Assembly (NCBI GenBank): GCA_013416795.1
Contig: RQSC01000028.1
Coordinates: 153,275-217,274 of the forward strand
DNA from: Prasinococcaceae sp. CCMP 1430
Taxonomy: Eukaryota > Plantae > Prasinodermophyta
DNA length: 64,000 bases
Direction of reading: 5' to 3'
The notes below the pieces were generated by a model. The model was not told the DNA's origin. It saw only the letters and a list, made by a program, of their open reading frames with translations, and did no database searches. Positions 11,459 through 22,097 of this stretch are shown here, piece by piece (within the stretch, counting starts at the first letter, position 1; each line of letters opens with the position of its first letter). The translations under genes were made by a program, and so were the position numbers.

Positions 11459-12256
11459 ATGGGCATGTTCGACCGCGCAAAGATCATGAAGCAGGCGTCG
11501 GACGCCGCGTCCAAGGTGCGCGCAGGGGGATCGCGGGCGAGGGCGCGGGCGCAGGCGCGGGCACGAGCGTGGGCGCGGGCGTGCTGGGCAGAGCATGGCC
11601 GAGGTGTTGGGGAGGGGGGGAGGGCGCGAGCGAGCCGCCTCTCATGACGCGCGGAGCCATGGGCGATGCTCGCGAGCGTCCGAGCGCACGTGAGCATGTG
11701 AATGTGCAGAGGTAGAGAGTAAACCTGCAGCGCATGTGCGTCTGCTGACCCAATGGCACGCGTACCCTCGTACGCGTACGTGCGTGCTCGCATGCGCGAC
11801 AGGCGACGACGGCCGCGGCAGCTGCGAAGGACAGTGCCGTCAAGGCGGCGAAGGAGCAGTACGAGAAGACTCGACCGCAAGTCACCGCTTTCGTCGCAGA
11901 AAAGCGCGCGCAGGCCGCCCCGATGGCGGCCAATGCGTGCCGCGAGCTCGAGGGTGAGGCAAAGGCGTTCCTCAAGTCGCCGACCGGGCAGTGGCTCAAG
12001 GAGAATCCGAAGGTGTGTGGACTATGCGCGCTCGCGCAAGCGCGTGCGCGCGCTCGCGTCCCGCCTGGCTGACGTACTCACGTCGTGCTCGTGCGTGCAG
12101 ACTGTCATCGCGCTGCTTGGTGTGCTGGCGGCCATCGGCGTGCCCGGCGCAGCTGCGCTCAGCACCGGCGTGCAGCTGGCGGGCGTCGTGCCGCTGCTCA
12201 CGCCGCTGTTGGCACTCTTCGAGACCACTGCGCCAATGTTCGCGCACCTCGTGTAA
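11459..12256 (+). CDS. Small protein (140 aa): Lys/Ala-rich helical N-terminus and hydrophobic C-terminus
   Basis: Exons 11459-11515, 11803-12012, 12101-12256 have canonical GT-AG sites and join in frame: MGMFDRAKIMKQASDAASK|ATTAAAAAKDSAVKAAKEQYEK...WLKENPK|TVIALLGVLAAIGVPGAAAL...MFAHLV*. Confidence 0.8.
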
Positions 12257-12504
12257 GGGATGTCTGCGAGGGTGTAGGCACGCTGCGGTCGCGCGCACTT
12301 GCGCACGCGCGCGCGCGCGCGCGCAGTACTAGTGACTCTTTTTCCGTAGCAAGAGCACGCTTCATGGAGACGGCCCCGCGGGCGAGCTGAGAGTGCGCAC
12401 GCAACTGATGAAGCTTCTGCGGACGCGCGCGCGACACGGGGGCGTTTGCGTGCGTGCGCTGTCACTTGCGTAAGTTTCGCGCCTGAGCAGCAGCGTGGCC
12501 TCGC

Positions 12505-12660
12505 TTACTCGATTGTGAGCAGCACGCTGCCCGCATCGACAAGCTCGCCCTCCGACACCATAAGCTTGACGGTGCCGGCGGAGCGCGCGATGGTCTTCGA
12601 TTCCGTCTTCATGGACTCGATGGCGACGACGGGCCCCCCCTCATCCAACAAGACAGTGCG
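12505..12660 (-). CDS. Biotinyl (biotin carboxyl carrier) domain C-terminal segment; upstream exons not identified
   Basis: PVVAIESMKTESKTIARSAGTVKLMVSEGELVDAGSVLLTIE* contains the E-x-M-K biotinylation motif and the typical second hairpin. Confidence 0.65.
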   Translation of the reverse strand, partial: RTVLLDEGGPVVAIESMKTESKTIARSAGTVKLMVSEGELVDAGSVLLTIE

Positions 12661-12860
12661 AGCCGCGGCCGCGGCGCTCCAGGGGCTGCCACAGCCCCCG
12701 GACCCACCCAGCCGCCGGCCGCCGCCCCCCCAGCTGCGGAGTTCCCCACCTCCCAAAAACAACAACAACAAGGCACTCACATGCGCGCACACGCACACAA
12801 GCACGCGCGCGCGCGGGTACGCACACGCACACGCACGCACACGCATGCACACTCGTGCTC

Positions 12861-13006
12861 TGGTTCAGACTCGCTCCGAAGGGCGCGACTCCGAGGTCAG
12901 ACACGTCGCACGCACACGCACGCACACGCATGCACACGCATGCCTCATGGCCAGGTTCAGGGTTCAGATTCGCTCCGATGCATGGCGCGACTTCGAGGTC
13001 AAACAC
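12861..13006. repeat. Pair of imperfect ~45 bp direct repeats embedded in CGCACA-type microsatellite
   Basis: ggttcagactcgctccgaagggcgcgactccgaggtcagacac (~12862-12904) versus ggttcagattcgctccgatgcatggcgcgacttcgaggtcaaacac (~12961-13006). Confidence 0.7.
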
Positions 13007-13194
13007 AGTGAAAAGTCTTCCATTCAATCGCGCCCTCGGAGCGCCGCGGCTCATAACACCGCACCTCGCGCGCGCGCGCGCGTGCTCGCGCCAACGGCCG
13101 CGCGCGCGCGCCCCTTCGCGGCTCGGGGAACGGGCGCGTCCCAACAATTCCAATTTGCGGGGCGAAAAGCGCCGTTGCGGACCCATATTTTTGN

Positions 13195-14195
13195 GCGGCG
13201 CCAGCGGCGCGGGCGCGCGCCCCGCTCGGGACGCTCCTCCTCCTCGCGCTCGCCGCCGCGTGCGGGTGCTATGCGCCGCGGGCAGCCACCGCGGAGCAAG
13301 ATTCCACGGGCGCAATATACAGGACGCACGAGAGCATACTAGTACGGCCTGATGCGGGCGAGCCCCCCCAGAACGCGGCCGCCCCCGAGCCAGCGCTGCC
13401 GCCGCCGAGCCCCGGCACCGGAGAGGACGTCACGGCCGAAGAGCTCTTGACGCTAGGAGATCAGGAAGCCTTCGGCGGGTCCGCAGAGCCATCCGTCGCC
13501 AACACTGGTGTGGAGGGCTCCATTGAAAGCGAGGCGGTGGCCAACGCGACACTGCTGCGTGGCAACTTCGACAGCTGCCTACAGTACGTGCATCGGGTAC
13601 GCAACGCCATGGTCAGCGGAGGCATGATCGGCGCCGAGATCGCGGCGCGCGCCACGTGGGACCTCGAAGGACTCGAAGCCGACCCCATCAACACGCCGTA
13701 CGTGTACTGCGGGCTGTTGTCATCGTCACAGTGGACTGGCACGACCCTCTTCGCCCATCCCTTCCTGCCCACGCCGTTCACCTTTGCCCAGGTACGTGCG
13801 ACCAGACGCGTGCATGGCCCGCGTGCGATGAGAGCGCCCCCTGAATGCCGCTTCGGCTGACACCGCGACCGCGATCGACCCGAATCCTGCGGTGCCACCC
13901 TGCGTCGGTACGAACTCTATCGTCGCGGCGCGCACAGGTCTTCCAAGACAGCCAAGATCAGTGGTATGATTGGTACGGCGCCGGTACAACCTTCAATCGC
14001 TGGATCCGCTCGACGATCGCCTTCGACTTGAGCGACGGCGCGGTCGTGCCTGAGTACGCCTTCTTTTCGCCACTCCTCGGCTTCAGCCCGAACGCCACGC
14101 TGAGGACATACTTTCTGCTCGTGCTCAACGATATTTCGCACAGGCTCGAGGGAGAGAGTCTCGCTCCGATACTCTGCGGTTGCGGGCCGCTGTGA
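13195..14195 (+). CDS. Secreted hypothetical protein (5' end lost at the N at 13194)
   Basis: The frame is open from the N: AAPAARARAPLGTLLLLALAAACGCYA (signal-peptide-like). Intron 13792-13937 joins ...FTFAQ|VFQDSQDQWYDWYG... in frame. Confidence 0.7.
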
Positions 14196-14477
14196 CAGGT
14201 GGACGGACAGTCCGCGCCAGGTGCTATCACCGTGGCCGCCGTGCGCTCCTTCGCTCGCGGAACCACAGCGCGCGCAGAGAGAGATCATAGTCATGTAGTG
14301 CCGTTGGTGTTTTTTTTTGCTCTTAAATTGTGCTCGCAGGTGTGCTCGCTTTGTCGTGCGCGGACCATGCGCCGCTCCACCGCCCCGTCGATGGTGTCAA
14401 TTGTGTGCGTGCAGTGAGGTGGTGATGCGGACGCGTCGTTGGTGCTGGTTCGCGCTGTGAGCACCGTTTTCGTGTGC

Positions 14478-16511
14478 TCAACCGCCTCCGGCATCTGCAG
14501 CGTCTTGTGCGTCTTCCTCATCTTCTCGGTCCTCTCGCGCCTGTTGCTGCTCTAGCAGCGCCTGCAAGACCGCGAAGCTCTCCTTCCAGGGGTCCGTGCC
14601 GTCCGCGCCGTCGTGTTCGTGCCGAATTACGGATTCGGCCGCCTCGGCGACCTCCGGCTCGCGAGTCACGCGATTGAAGCGGCCCGTCCCTGCTGCAATG
14701 AGCGCGACGTCGGAGCTCGAGGCCGGATCAAACGGCGCGCGCGTGGGCGTCCGGGTGACGTAGTCGAGGCGAGTGGGTGCAGGCGTGGGTGGCAAGGTCG
14801 GAGCGCGCGTGACTCCATCCGGCAGAGGCACGCTGAGCTCGCTGAACGCCGTCTCTGAGACTGGGCTCTTTGTCGCCGTCGGGCTCACCGTCGGGAGATC
14901 GCCGGGGGGCGTCACCAAGACGTCGCCCGTGCCACCCATACCTGCGGTAGCTGTTGCAGGCGCGGGCTTTGGAGCGGGTGCGGGCGAAGGGGCTGGCAAA
15001 GGGCCTGGCGAAGGGGAAGGAGCGGGCTGGGGGCCGGGCTGAGGGGCGGGATGGGGGGCGGGTGCAGGCTTCGGAGCGGGCTTCGGAGCGGGCGCGGGGA
15101 TCGGTGCTGGCTTTGGTGCCGGTGCGGGTGCAGGCGCGGGCTTCGGAGCGGGCGCCGGTGCGGGCTTCGGAGCGGGCGCCGGCGCGGGCCTCGGAGCGGG
15201 CTTTGGAGCCGGCGCAGGCATAGGGGCCGGCTTCGGCGCAGGTGCGGGTTCGGGACCCGGCTTCGGCGCGGGCGCTGGCACAGGCGCGGGGGCGGGAGCG
15301 GGCAATAGCCCAGACCCGGGCCCAAGTCCGGGTGCCTGCTCTGCCGGCATCGGCTTGGGAGCGGGCTCCGGTAGCGGTGAAGCCGACGGGGCTGCGGACG
15401 GGGCTTCCGACGGAGCTGCCGATGGAGACGCCGACGGCGCTGCCGATGGTGCCGCTGAGGGCGCTGCCGACGGCGCTGCTGAGGGCGCTGCCGATGGTGC
15501 CGCTGAGGGCGCTGCCGACGACGGCGCTGCTGTCGGCGCCGCTGTCGGCGCCGCTGTCGGCGCCGCCGTTGGCTCCGATGTGGGGGCCGTTGTTGGCGCC
15601 GCCGAAGGTGCTGCGGACGGGGCCAGCGTCGGCGCCGCAGAAGGTGCCGCTGTATCCGGCGCCGGCGCTGGCATTGGAGCAGGCTGCGGCAGGGGGGCCG
15701 CAGGGGGCGTCGGGTCGCACGGCCCTCCCACGAATCCGGCGCAGCAGTCGTCGAAGACCAGGCAGCTGACGTCACAGAAGCAGCTGGTTCCCGCCACGTT
15801 GTCTTGAATACCACTGCCACATGTCGAGGCTGTGCATTGCACCACCACGTTCTCGAGTTGGCCATCGGCGGCCACATTCCCACTCAGCACGCCATCAATG
15901 CCGCCCTCCGAGCCCGACGGCTGGTCGTCACCTGCCAGAAGACACGACCCACACACCTCACACGCTCCGGCGCAGCAGTCCTCCGTGATGACACACAACT
16001 TGTCACAGTAGCATGGCGCAACCGGCGCGAGAGAGTCTGCGCCGCCGCCACCGTTGCCAATCAAAGCGTCGTCCACTGCCTGCGCCACCGCGGCCCCCTC
16101 TTCTCCTCCAATGCCAAGCCCTGTCACAGCCCCGCCGTTGCAGTTGCTCGGCTGGCACACCTGCCGTGCCCTGGCCGCGGCATCCGAATCTGCTGCCGCG
16201 CCACCCCCCGCGCCCTCGCTCACCGCCAAGACAAAGGAGGGGGCCACGGGCGAGGGCTGCTGCTGCGGCGCTCCTCCTTGCTGGCCCGCCGAGCCGAGCG
16301 CGGCGCTCACCAGAAGCGCGGACAGCAGTAGCACCCCTCGCGCGCGGGCGAGGCGCGTCCCCGTTCCAGCTGCTCGTCTCCGCGCGCGCGCTCGCCGCAC
16401 GCCCGGCGCCGCTGCGCTTCTTGAGGCGAGGCCGCCAATGACACTGGCGATGGCAGTGACCGTGGCCTCACCACCAGCATCCCGACCAGTGGCTCGCATT
16501 GTGTTCCTCAT
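14478..16511 (-). CDS. Secreted Pro/Ala/Ser-rich (HRGP-like) glycoprotein with two somatomedin-B-like Cys modules
   Basis: Hydrophobic leader VLLLSALLVSAALG. Cys modules CYCDKLCVITEDCCAG and CFCDVSCLVFDDCCAG. Long SAAP/TAAP and PAPAPKP repeat tracts. Confidence 0.85.
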   Translation of the reverse strand: MRNTMRATGRDAGGEATVTAIASVIGGLASRSAAAPGVRRARARRRAAGTGTRLARARGVLLLSALLVSAALGSAGQQGGAPQQQPSPVAPSFVLAVSEGAGGGAAADSDAAARARQVCQPSNCNGGAVTGLGIGGEEGAAVAQAVDDALIGNGGGGADSLAPVAPCYCDKLCVITEDCCAGACEVCGSCLLAGDDQPSGSEGGIDGVLSGNVAADGQLENVVVQCTASTCGSGIQDNVAGTSCFCDVSCLVFDDCCAGFVGGPCDPTPPAAPLPQPAPMPAPAPDTAAPSAAPTLAPSAAPSAAPTTAPTSEPTAAPTAAPTAAPTAAPSSAAPSAAPSAAPSAAPSAAPSAAPSAAPSASPSAAPSEAPSAAPSASPLPEPAPKPMPAEQAPGLGPGSGLLPAPAPAPVPAPAPKPGPEPAPAPKPAPMPAPAPKPAPRPAPAPAPKPAPAPAPKPAPAPAPAPKPAPIPAPAPKPAPKPAPAPHPAPQPGPQPAPSPSPGPLPAPSPAPAPKPAPATATAGMGGTGDVLVTPPGDLPTVSPTATKSPVSETAFSELSVPLPDGVTRAPTLPPTPAPTRLDYVTRTPTRAPFDPASSSDVALIAAGTGRFNRVTREPEVAEAAESVIRHEHDGADGTDPWKESFAVLQALLEQQQAREDREDEEDAQDAADAGGG
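14945..15700 (-). repeat. Coding tandem repeats (PAPAPKP)n and (SAAP/TAAP)n
   Basis: Repeated ggagcgggc/ttcggagcgggc units and gctgccgatggt/gctgccgacggc units on the + strand. Confidence 0.9.
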
Positions 16512-18154
16512 TCAGATCGCCGTCCAGCAGACGGACGCGACGAACGGCGAGGGGGCGCGCTCGCCTCCTGCCTGGCGACCTCGGCCTCTCGCCACCCTCG
16601 CACCGTCGGCACGCGCCGCGCCGCGCAGCCCCGCCCGGGGGCGTCCAGCCCGCTGGTCGACTGTGGCGGCCAGACCTCACAGCCCGACCGACCTTCAGCC
16701 AGCCGGAGAGCGCGAAGCGCCGCGCCTCGCGCGCGGCGCTCGTCTGCAGCGCCTGCGAGGGGCGCCGCAGGCGCGCTGTGGCGCACTCGCGCACTCGCGC
16801 GCGCGCGCGCAACGGCCCCCCCCTTTCGAATTCCCGCCTGCTGATCACCCCGCAGGCGAGGCCGCGCCGGCCCGGCCGCCGGAAAAAAAAAAACGCCGCG
16901 CCGATCCGATTGTTGCTCATCAATCCGTCGACCCATCCGATCCATCGATCGCTCCCCCACTCAATCAATGATCGCTCGCTCGACGCACGCCGCGCGAAGG
17001 AGGACCCCCCCCCCAAAAAAAACGCCCCGAAATCGATCGCGCGGCAGGCGATTATTTTGGTGTGTTTTTTTTTGCGTTTGCGTTTGCGTTTGCGTTCGCG
17101 TTTCCGCGCGCAAAGCGGCGAGTTCGCGGGGGCTCCTTCCTCAAGGGAACTCTCCCGTGGTGAATATATAAGTACATGGCAACCACGCGCACCTCGGACG
17201 CCCCCGGAAGAAAGACGTGCCGTGTCCGCTTCCGTTCCGTCGTTTCGGCGCGTCTTTTCCCCCACGTTTTCACCGTTTTTTTTTTGTTTTTTTTTTTGCC
17301 GGCGCGCGGATCGATCGATCGGCGCAACGCCGCGCCGCAAACTCTGCCGGACGACGGATTTTTTAACGCCGGGAGTTTGCGGCCGAAAACGGTCCGCGCC
17401 GCATTCGAGGCGATATCAAACCGCGGAAGCGCGCGCGCGCACACACGCGGGATGGAGTTTGCGGCTGCCGGCGCCGCGCGGCGGGGCGGCGGGCGGGAGG
17501 CGCGGCGGCCGCGGGCGCGCGCGCGAGCTCAGCCACGAGAGTCGCGAGGCCTGGCGGCAAACTTGTGTGCACGTGCCCGCCGCCGCGCCTGTTCGCGTGC
17601 GTGCGTATGACAGGCCCTCCCGCGCCGGTGCGGCGCCATCTGGACCCCAGGTGCACCAGCGCGTCTGGACCATTGTCTACAGTGGGTATCGATGAGTGCG
17701 AGGCGGCGCGGCAGCCGCGTGACGCGATAAGGTCAGCCCGTCAACTCCCCTGGCATGGTGCGCTCGCATCGATGCGTTCGTGCGCGCGCCACTATGAGCG
17801 CCACCAGCTGGCAGGAACTGTGTTTGTGTCAGTCTCTGCGCTATCTTTGCAACGGAGCTGTTGGTGACGAGTGGGCACATGCTGCGTGTCGTGGCACGTG
17901 CCATGAGTGCCCACGACACGAGAGCCTTCGAGGTGTGTCATGAACCCTGCGGTGCCCTGTACCGCAAAACGCGGCGCGAGCGCGTGCGGAGGAGCGCTTC
18001 AAGCCCGGGGCGCAGGGTGGCCGCATCGGCACGCACCGAGGCCGCGCGAGCGAGCGCTGGGCTGCGGGGCCGCGAGCGCGCTCTGGCGAGAGGGCCGCCC
18101 GGCATTCCCGTCTGTCTGGCGCCGGGTAGGATTACAGCACAGCTAGCCAGCGGC

Positions 18155-20179
18155 CTAACGCGCGCCGGAGTCAGGCCCATCCGCGGACGGCCGGGCCTCC
18201 TCCGCTCTCCCCTCGCGCTGCTGCGGGGCGAAGATCTTGTAGTGGAGCAGGCGCGTGTCGACGCCGCCGACCACGAGAGGCACTTTGGTTTCGGCGCGCA
18301 TGCGCAGGTGGCGCGTGGCGCCGGGGTCTCCGCTGAGCGCGTAGCAGTCGCCGCCGCCCACCTCGCGACGCAGGAAGGCGGCGAGCGACTCCCACGAGCG
18401 CTGGGTGCCCGCCTCACCACCCTCGAGGCGCGCGCCCTCGCCGCCCCATGGCGGGTTGGTCACGCAAAGCTTGCGCCCGCCCGGCGCGAGCGTGAGCAGC
18501 GCCGCGTCCTCGTTCGACAGCTCGAGGGCCTCCTCCACTCGCGCGGCGGCGGCATCGCGCGCCGTCATGTGCACCGCCGCCGGGTGGATGTCGTTGCCCA
18601 CGATGCTGGCGCGCGGCAGGAGATCGCGCTCGCCGACCTCCGCCCGCTCGCACGCGTCGTCGTACACCGACGAGAACGCGGCCTTGTCGGCGTCGTGCCA
18701 CCGCAGGAAGGGCCACGCGTCAGCGCTCGGATTGCGACCGAGGCCCGGGGCTACGTCCGAGGCGATCAGCGCCGCCTCGATGAGGATCGCGCCCGAGCCA
18801 CACATGGGGTCGACGAGGTCGGGCAGCGGTTCCTCGGCCCCGCCCTCGCGCATCATAGGGGGGAAGTATCCTGCATGCAGCAGCATGCCCGCCGCGGCCG
18901 TCTCCGCCAGCGCCGCGCGATGCATCGACCCCGCCCGGTATCCACGCTTGTGCAGCGAGCCGCCGCTCATGTCGCGGTAGAGCTGCACCTCGCCACGATA
19001 GAACGTCGCGAAGAGCGGCAGATGCGCGTCGGAGCTGACCTCGGGGCGAGGGGGCTTGGGGCGACCCCACTCTCTCAGCTCGTCGCAGATCGCGTCCTTG
19101 ATGCGCGTGGACGCGAGCACCTGGTGCGAAGGCGCGCGCGACGCGCCGGCGGTCAGCGAAGCGCGCGCGCGCGCGCGCGCGCGCGCATGGCGAGGCGGAG
19201 CGCGTCGCCACACACCTGCGAGGTGAGCTCACCGCAGTCGCGCACGCGCGAGTCCACGGAGAAGGTTGCCACACCGATGAAGCTCTCGCCGTACGCGTCG
19301 GTCACCTCCACGTCGGGCAGGAGCTCATTCCAGTCCACGGCGTCGCGCGCGAAGGCGTACACCGCGTCGCCGGGCTCGAGCGCCTCGTCGAGGAATCCGC
19401 TGGCGAGGCGCTCCAACACACGCACCGCGGAGCGGCACCACAGGTTGGCGGCGTAGCCTACGGCGATGTCGCCGCGGAAGGATACGCCGGCGGAGTGCGC
19501 CTGCGGCACACGCACGCGCGCGGATCACGCCAGGGGCGCGGGTCAGTGCGCGGACTCGCGCGAGCGCTCGAATGCGGGCGCATACCTCCGTGCGCGCGCA
19601 GTGCGCACTCACCTCGACGCGATGCGCGCCCACGTACGGGCTGGCGAGCTCCTGCGCGAGCACGCGCTCGAAGCCCGGCATGCACGTCGCCCAGTACAGG
19701 CGCGTGCGCGGCGGCTCGGGCTGGATGCGAGCCGCGCGGAAGCCGGGCGTCGCGCTGAGGGGATGATGAGCGCGTCAGCATCCGGGGCACGGGCGGCGAG
19801 CACGCGCAGATACGCTCGCGCGAGCGCGCAAAGCTCCACGCACCTTGGCGTCGACGCGCCTGAGCCCCCTGCCCCCATGGCTGCGCCCGCGCCCGCGCCC
19901 GCCCCGTCGGCCGCCCACCAGTCGGATGCCTCCTGCTGGCCGTCATTGTCTCGCCGCTGGGGCGCACCGCCGCCACGTTCCCCGGAGTTCCAGCCAAGGC
20001 TCTCACGACCACGGCCCTGCTGGCCGCCCTCGCGCGCGCCCTCGCCTCTAGGCGTCTCGTAGCCGCGCTGCGGCGGGCGCTGCCTCTCCTGGCGCCCGCG
20101 TCCAGCGTAGCCGCCGCGCTCTCCACCGCCGAACTCGTCCCGCTGGGGGCGCGGCGGCCCGCGGTCGCGGCCGCCCCCA
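18155..20179 (-). CDS. THUMP + class I methyltransferase, RlmL (23S rRNA m2G2445)-like, probably organellar; N-terminus runs into the gap
   Basis: Motifs YWATCMPGFERVLAQEL, ANLWCRSAVRVL, DMSGGSLHKRGYR, DPMCGSGAILIEAA, GNDIHP and TNPPWG. Exons >=20179-19844, 19754-19613, 19500-19216, 19120-18155. Confidence 0.9.
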
Positions 20180-20621
20180 NNNNNNNNNNNNNNNNNNNNN
20201 NNNNNNNNNNNNNNNNNNNNNNNNNNNNNNNNNNNNNNNNNNNNNNNNNNNNNNNNNNNNNNNNNNNNNNNNNNNNNNNNNNNNNNNNNNNNNNNNNNNN
20301 NNNNNNNNNNNNNNNNNNNNNNNNNNNNNNNNNNNNNNNNNNNNNNNNNNNNNNNNNNNNNNNNNNNNNNNNNNNNNNNNNNNNNNNNNNNNNNNNNNNN
20401 NNNNNNNNNNNNNNNNNNNNNNNNNNNNNNNNNNNNNNNNNNNNNNNNNNNNNNNNNNNNNNNNNNNNNNNNNNNNNNNNNNNNNNNNNNNNNNNNNNNN
20501 NNNNNNNNNNNNNNNNNNNNNNNNNNNNNNNNNNNNNNNNNNNNNNNNNNNNNNNNNNNNNNNNNNNNNNNNNNNNNNNNNNNNNNNNNNNNNNNNNNNN
20601 NNNNNNNNNNNNNNNNNNNNN
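20180..20621. other. Assembly gap (N run)
   Basis: Continuous Ns. Confidence 1.
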
Positions 20622-21901
20622 CCGTCGCGGACGGCGCTGGCCGCACGGCGCTCGTGACGGGCGCCAACAGCGGCATCGGCCTCGAGGCCGCCCGAGCGCT
20701 CGCGCGAGCCAACTGGCGGGTGGTGTGCGCGGCGCGCTCCGATGCTGCAGTTGAGGCCGCCGCCGCCGCCGTGCTCGCCGCGGCGCCGGGCGCGGACGTC
20801 GAGTGCGCCGCACCGATGGACCTGCTGGACCTCGCGCAGGTGCGCGAGGCGGCGCTCGCCTTCAGCAACAGCGCAGGGGGAAGGTGCGACGCGCGGCACA
20901 GGCACGCATGCGCGCCTGCGCCACGCTCGGGCGCGCTCAAACTTGCATGGGCCTCCGCAGTGGCGCTGGAAACGCAATCGAGAGCTGCTGACACTTTGCG
21001 CGCGTCGCGCCTTCGTGCGGGTGCCGAGTAGCGACGCCTCGCCGCGCCCGCTGCACGCGCTCGTGCTCAACGCCGGCATTATGGCGGCGCCATGCACGCC
21101 CGCGGGTGTGCACGGGTTGGAGCCGCACATGGCTGTCAACCACCTGGGACACGTCGCGCTTGCCAAGCAGCTGCTACCCGGCGTGCGCGCTGCGGCCGCT
21201 GGGGAGCACGCGTATGGCCGCGTCGTGAGCGTGAGCTCGCTGGCGTGCGCGCTCAACGGGCTGCGCGAGCGACTGGAGGGTGCGTGCGCGCGTGTGCGCT
21301 TTCGCGCGCGGTCGAACGCGACTGCCATCGCCACTGCCTCGTATTCTTGCGCGCGTGCCCTGTCGCGCAGTCGCGCGCCGGCGCATCTGCCTGACCCTCC
21401 GCGGCGTTGGGTTGCGATGCAGCTGGGGACCTTCGCGGCGAGGCCCTCATGGATTCTGAGCGTCGTGGCGGGCTGGGTGCGCAGGGAAGCCGCTGGCGTG
21501 CGTACGCAGACAGCAAGGCCGCCAACGCGCTCTTCGTGGCGAACCTCGCGCGGCGCGAGGCCGCCGCGGGCACGGGCGTGACGGCGCTCGCTGTGCACCC
21601 GGGCGTGGTCAGCACGAACCTGATCCGCTATGTGCTCCCCGAGTCTGCGCTCGCTTCGATGCAGGCCGACCCGGAGAAGTCGCAGGCGGCCGCCAGCCTC
21701 TTGGGCGTTCGCACTCCCGCTGAGGGTGCAGTGCCCGTCGTTTGGTGCGCCGCCGCCGACGAGGCGGCCGCGCTGAATGGGGGCTTCGTCGTGACGCCCG
21801 GCGAGGTCTTCGCTAACCTGCCGAGCGATGTGCGCGACCCCGTACTCGCAGCCAAGCTGTGGGAGGACAGCACGGCGCTGCTCGGCCAGATGGCAGCCTG
21901 A
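20622..21901 (+). CDS. Short-chain dehydrogenase/reductase (RDH/TIC32/POR-like subfamily); 5' end in the gap
   Basis: Motifs ALVTGANSGIGLEAA, LVLNAGIMA, VNHLGH, RVVSVSS, YADSKAAN (YxxSK) and VHPGVVSTNL. Two GT-AG introns restore the frame. Confidence 0.92.
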
Positions 21902-22097
21902 CCGAGGACGTCTTTCGGCGACGGCGCGCTGACATAAAGTTTTTGACAAGTTTTTCCTCGTCGTCCTGCAGAGGGGGCAGTGGCGCGTGGCTGGGGACGC
22001 CATGAGGGACCGCGCGTGCGGCACAGAGTACGAAAAAATATAGAAATCTTACTTCCTTCACATGCTCTCATTGTGACAGGTGCGCCGCGGTTGGCGA

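Noticed and set aside
12861-13006. GGTTCAGA-containing repeats resembling a tRNA T-loop or Pol III B box
   Set aside because: They do not match GGTTCRANNCC, and no cloverleaf or A box could be built.
14945-15700. Regularly spaced short repeats that could suggest a CRISPR array
   Set aside because: The units are in-frame codon repeats of a Pro/Ala-rich protein with no unique spacers and no cas genes, in a eukaryotic context.
17452-18150. Short ORFs with splice-like signals
   Set aside because: No frame combination produced a recognisable or convincingly coding peptide.
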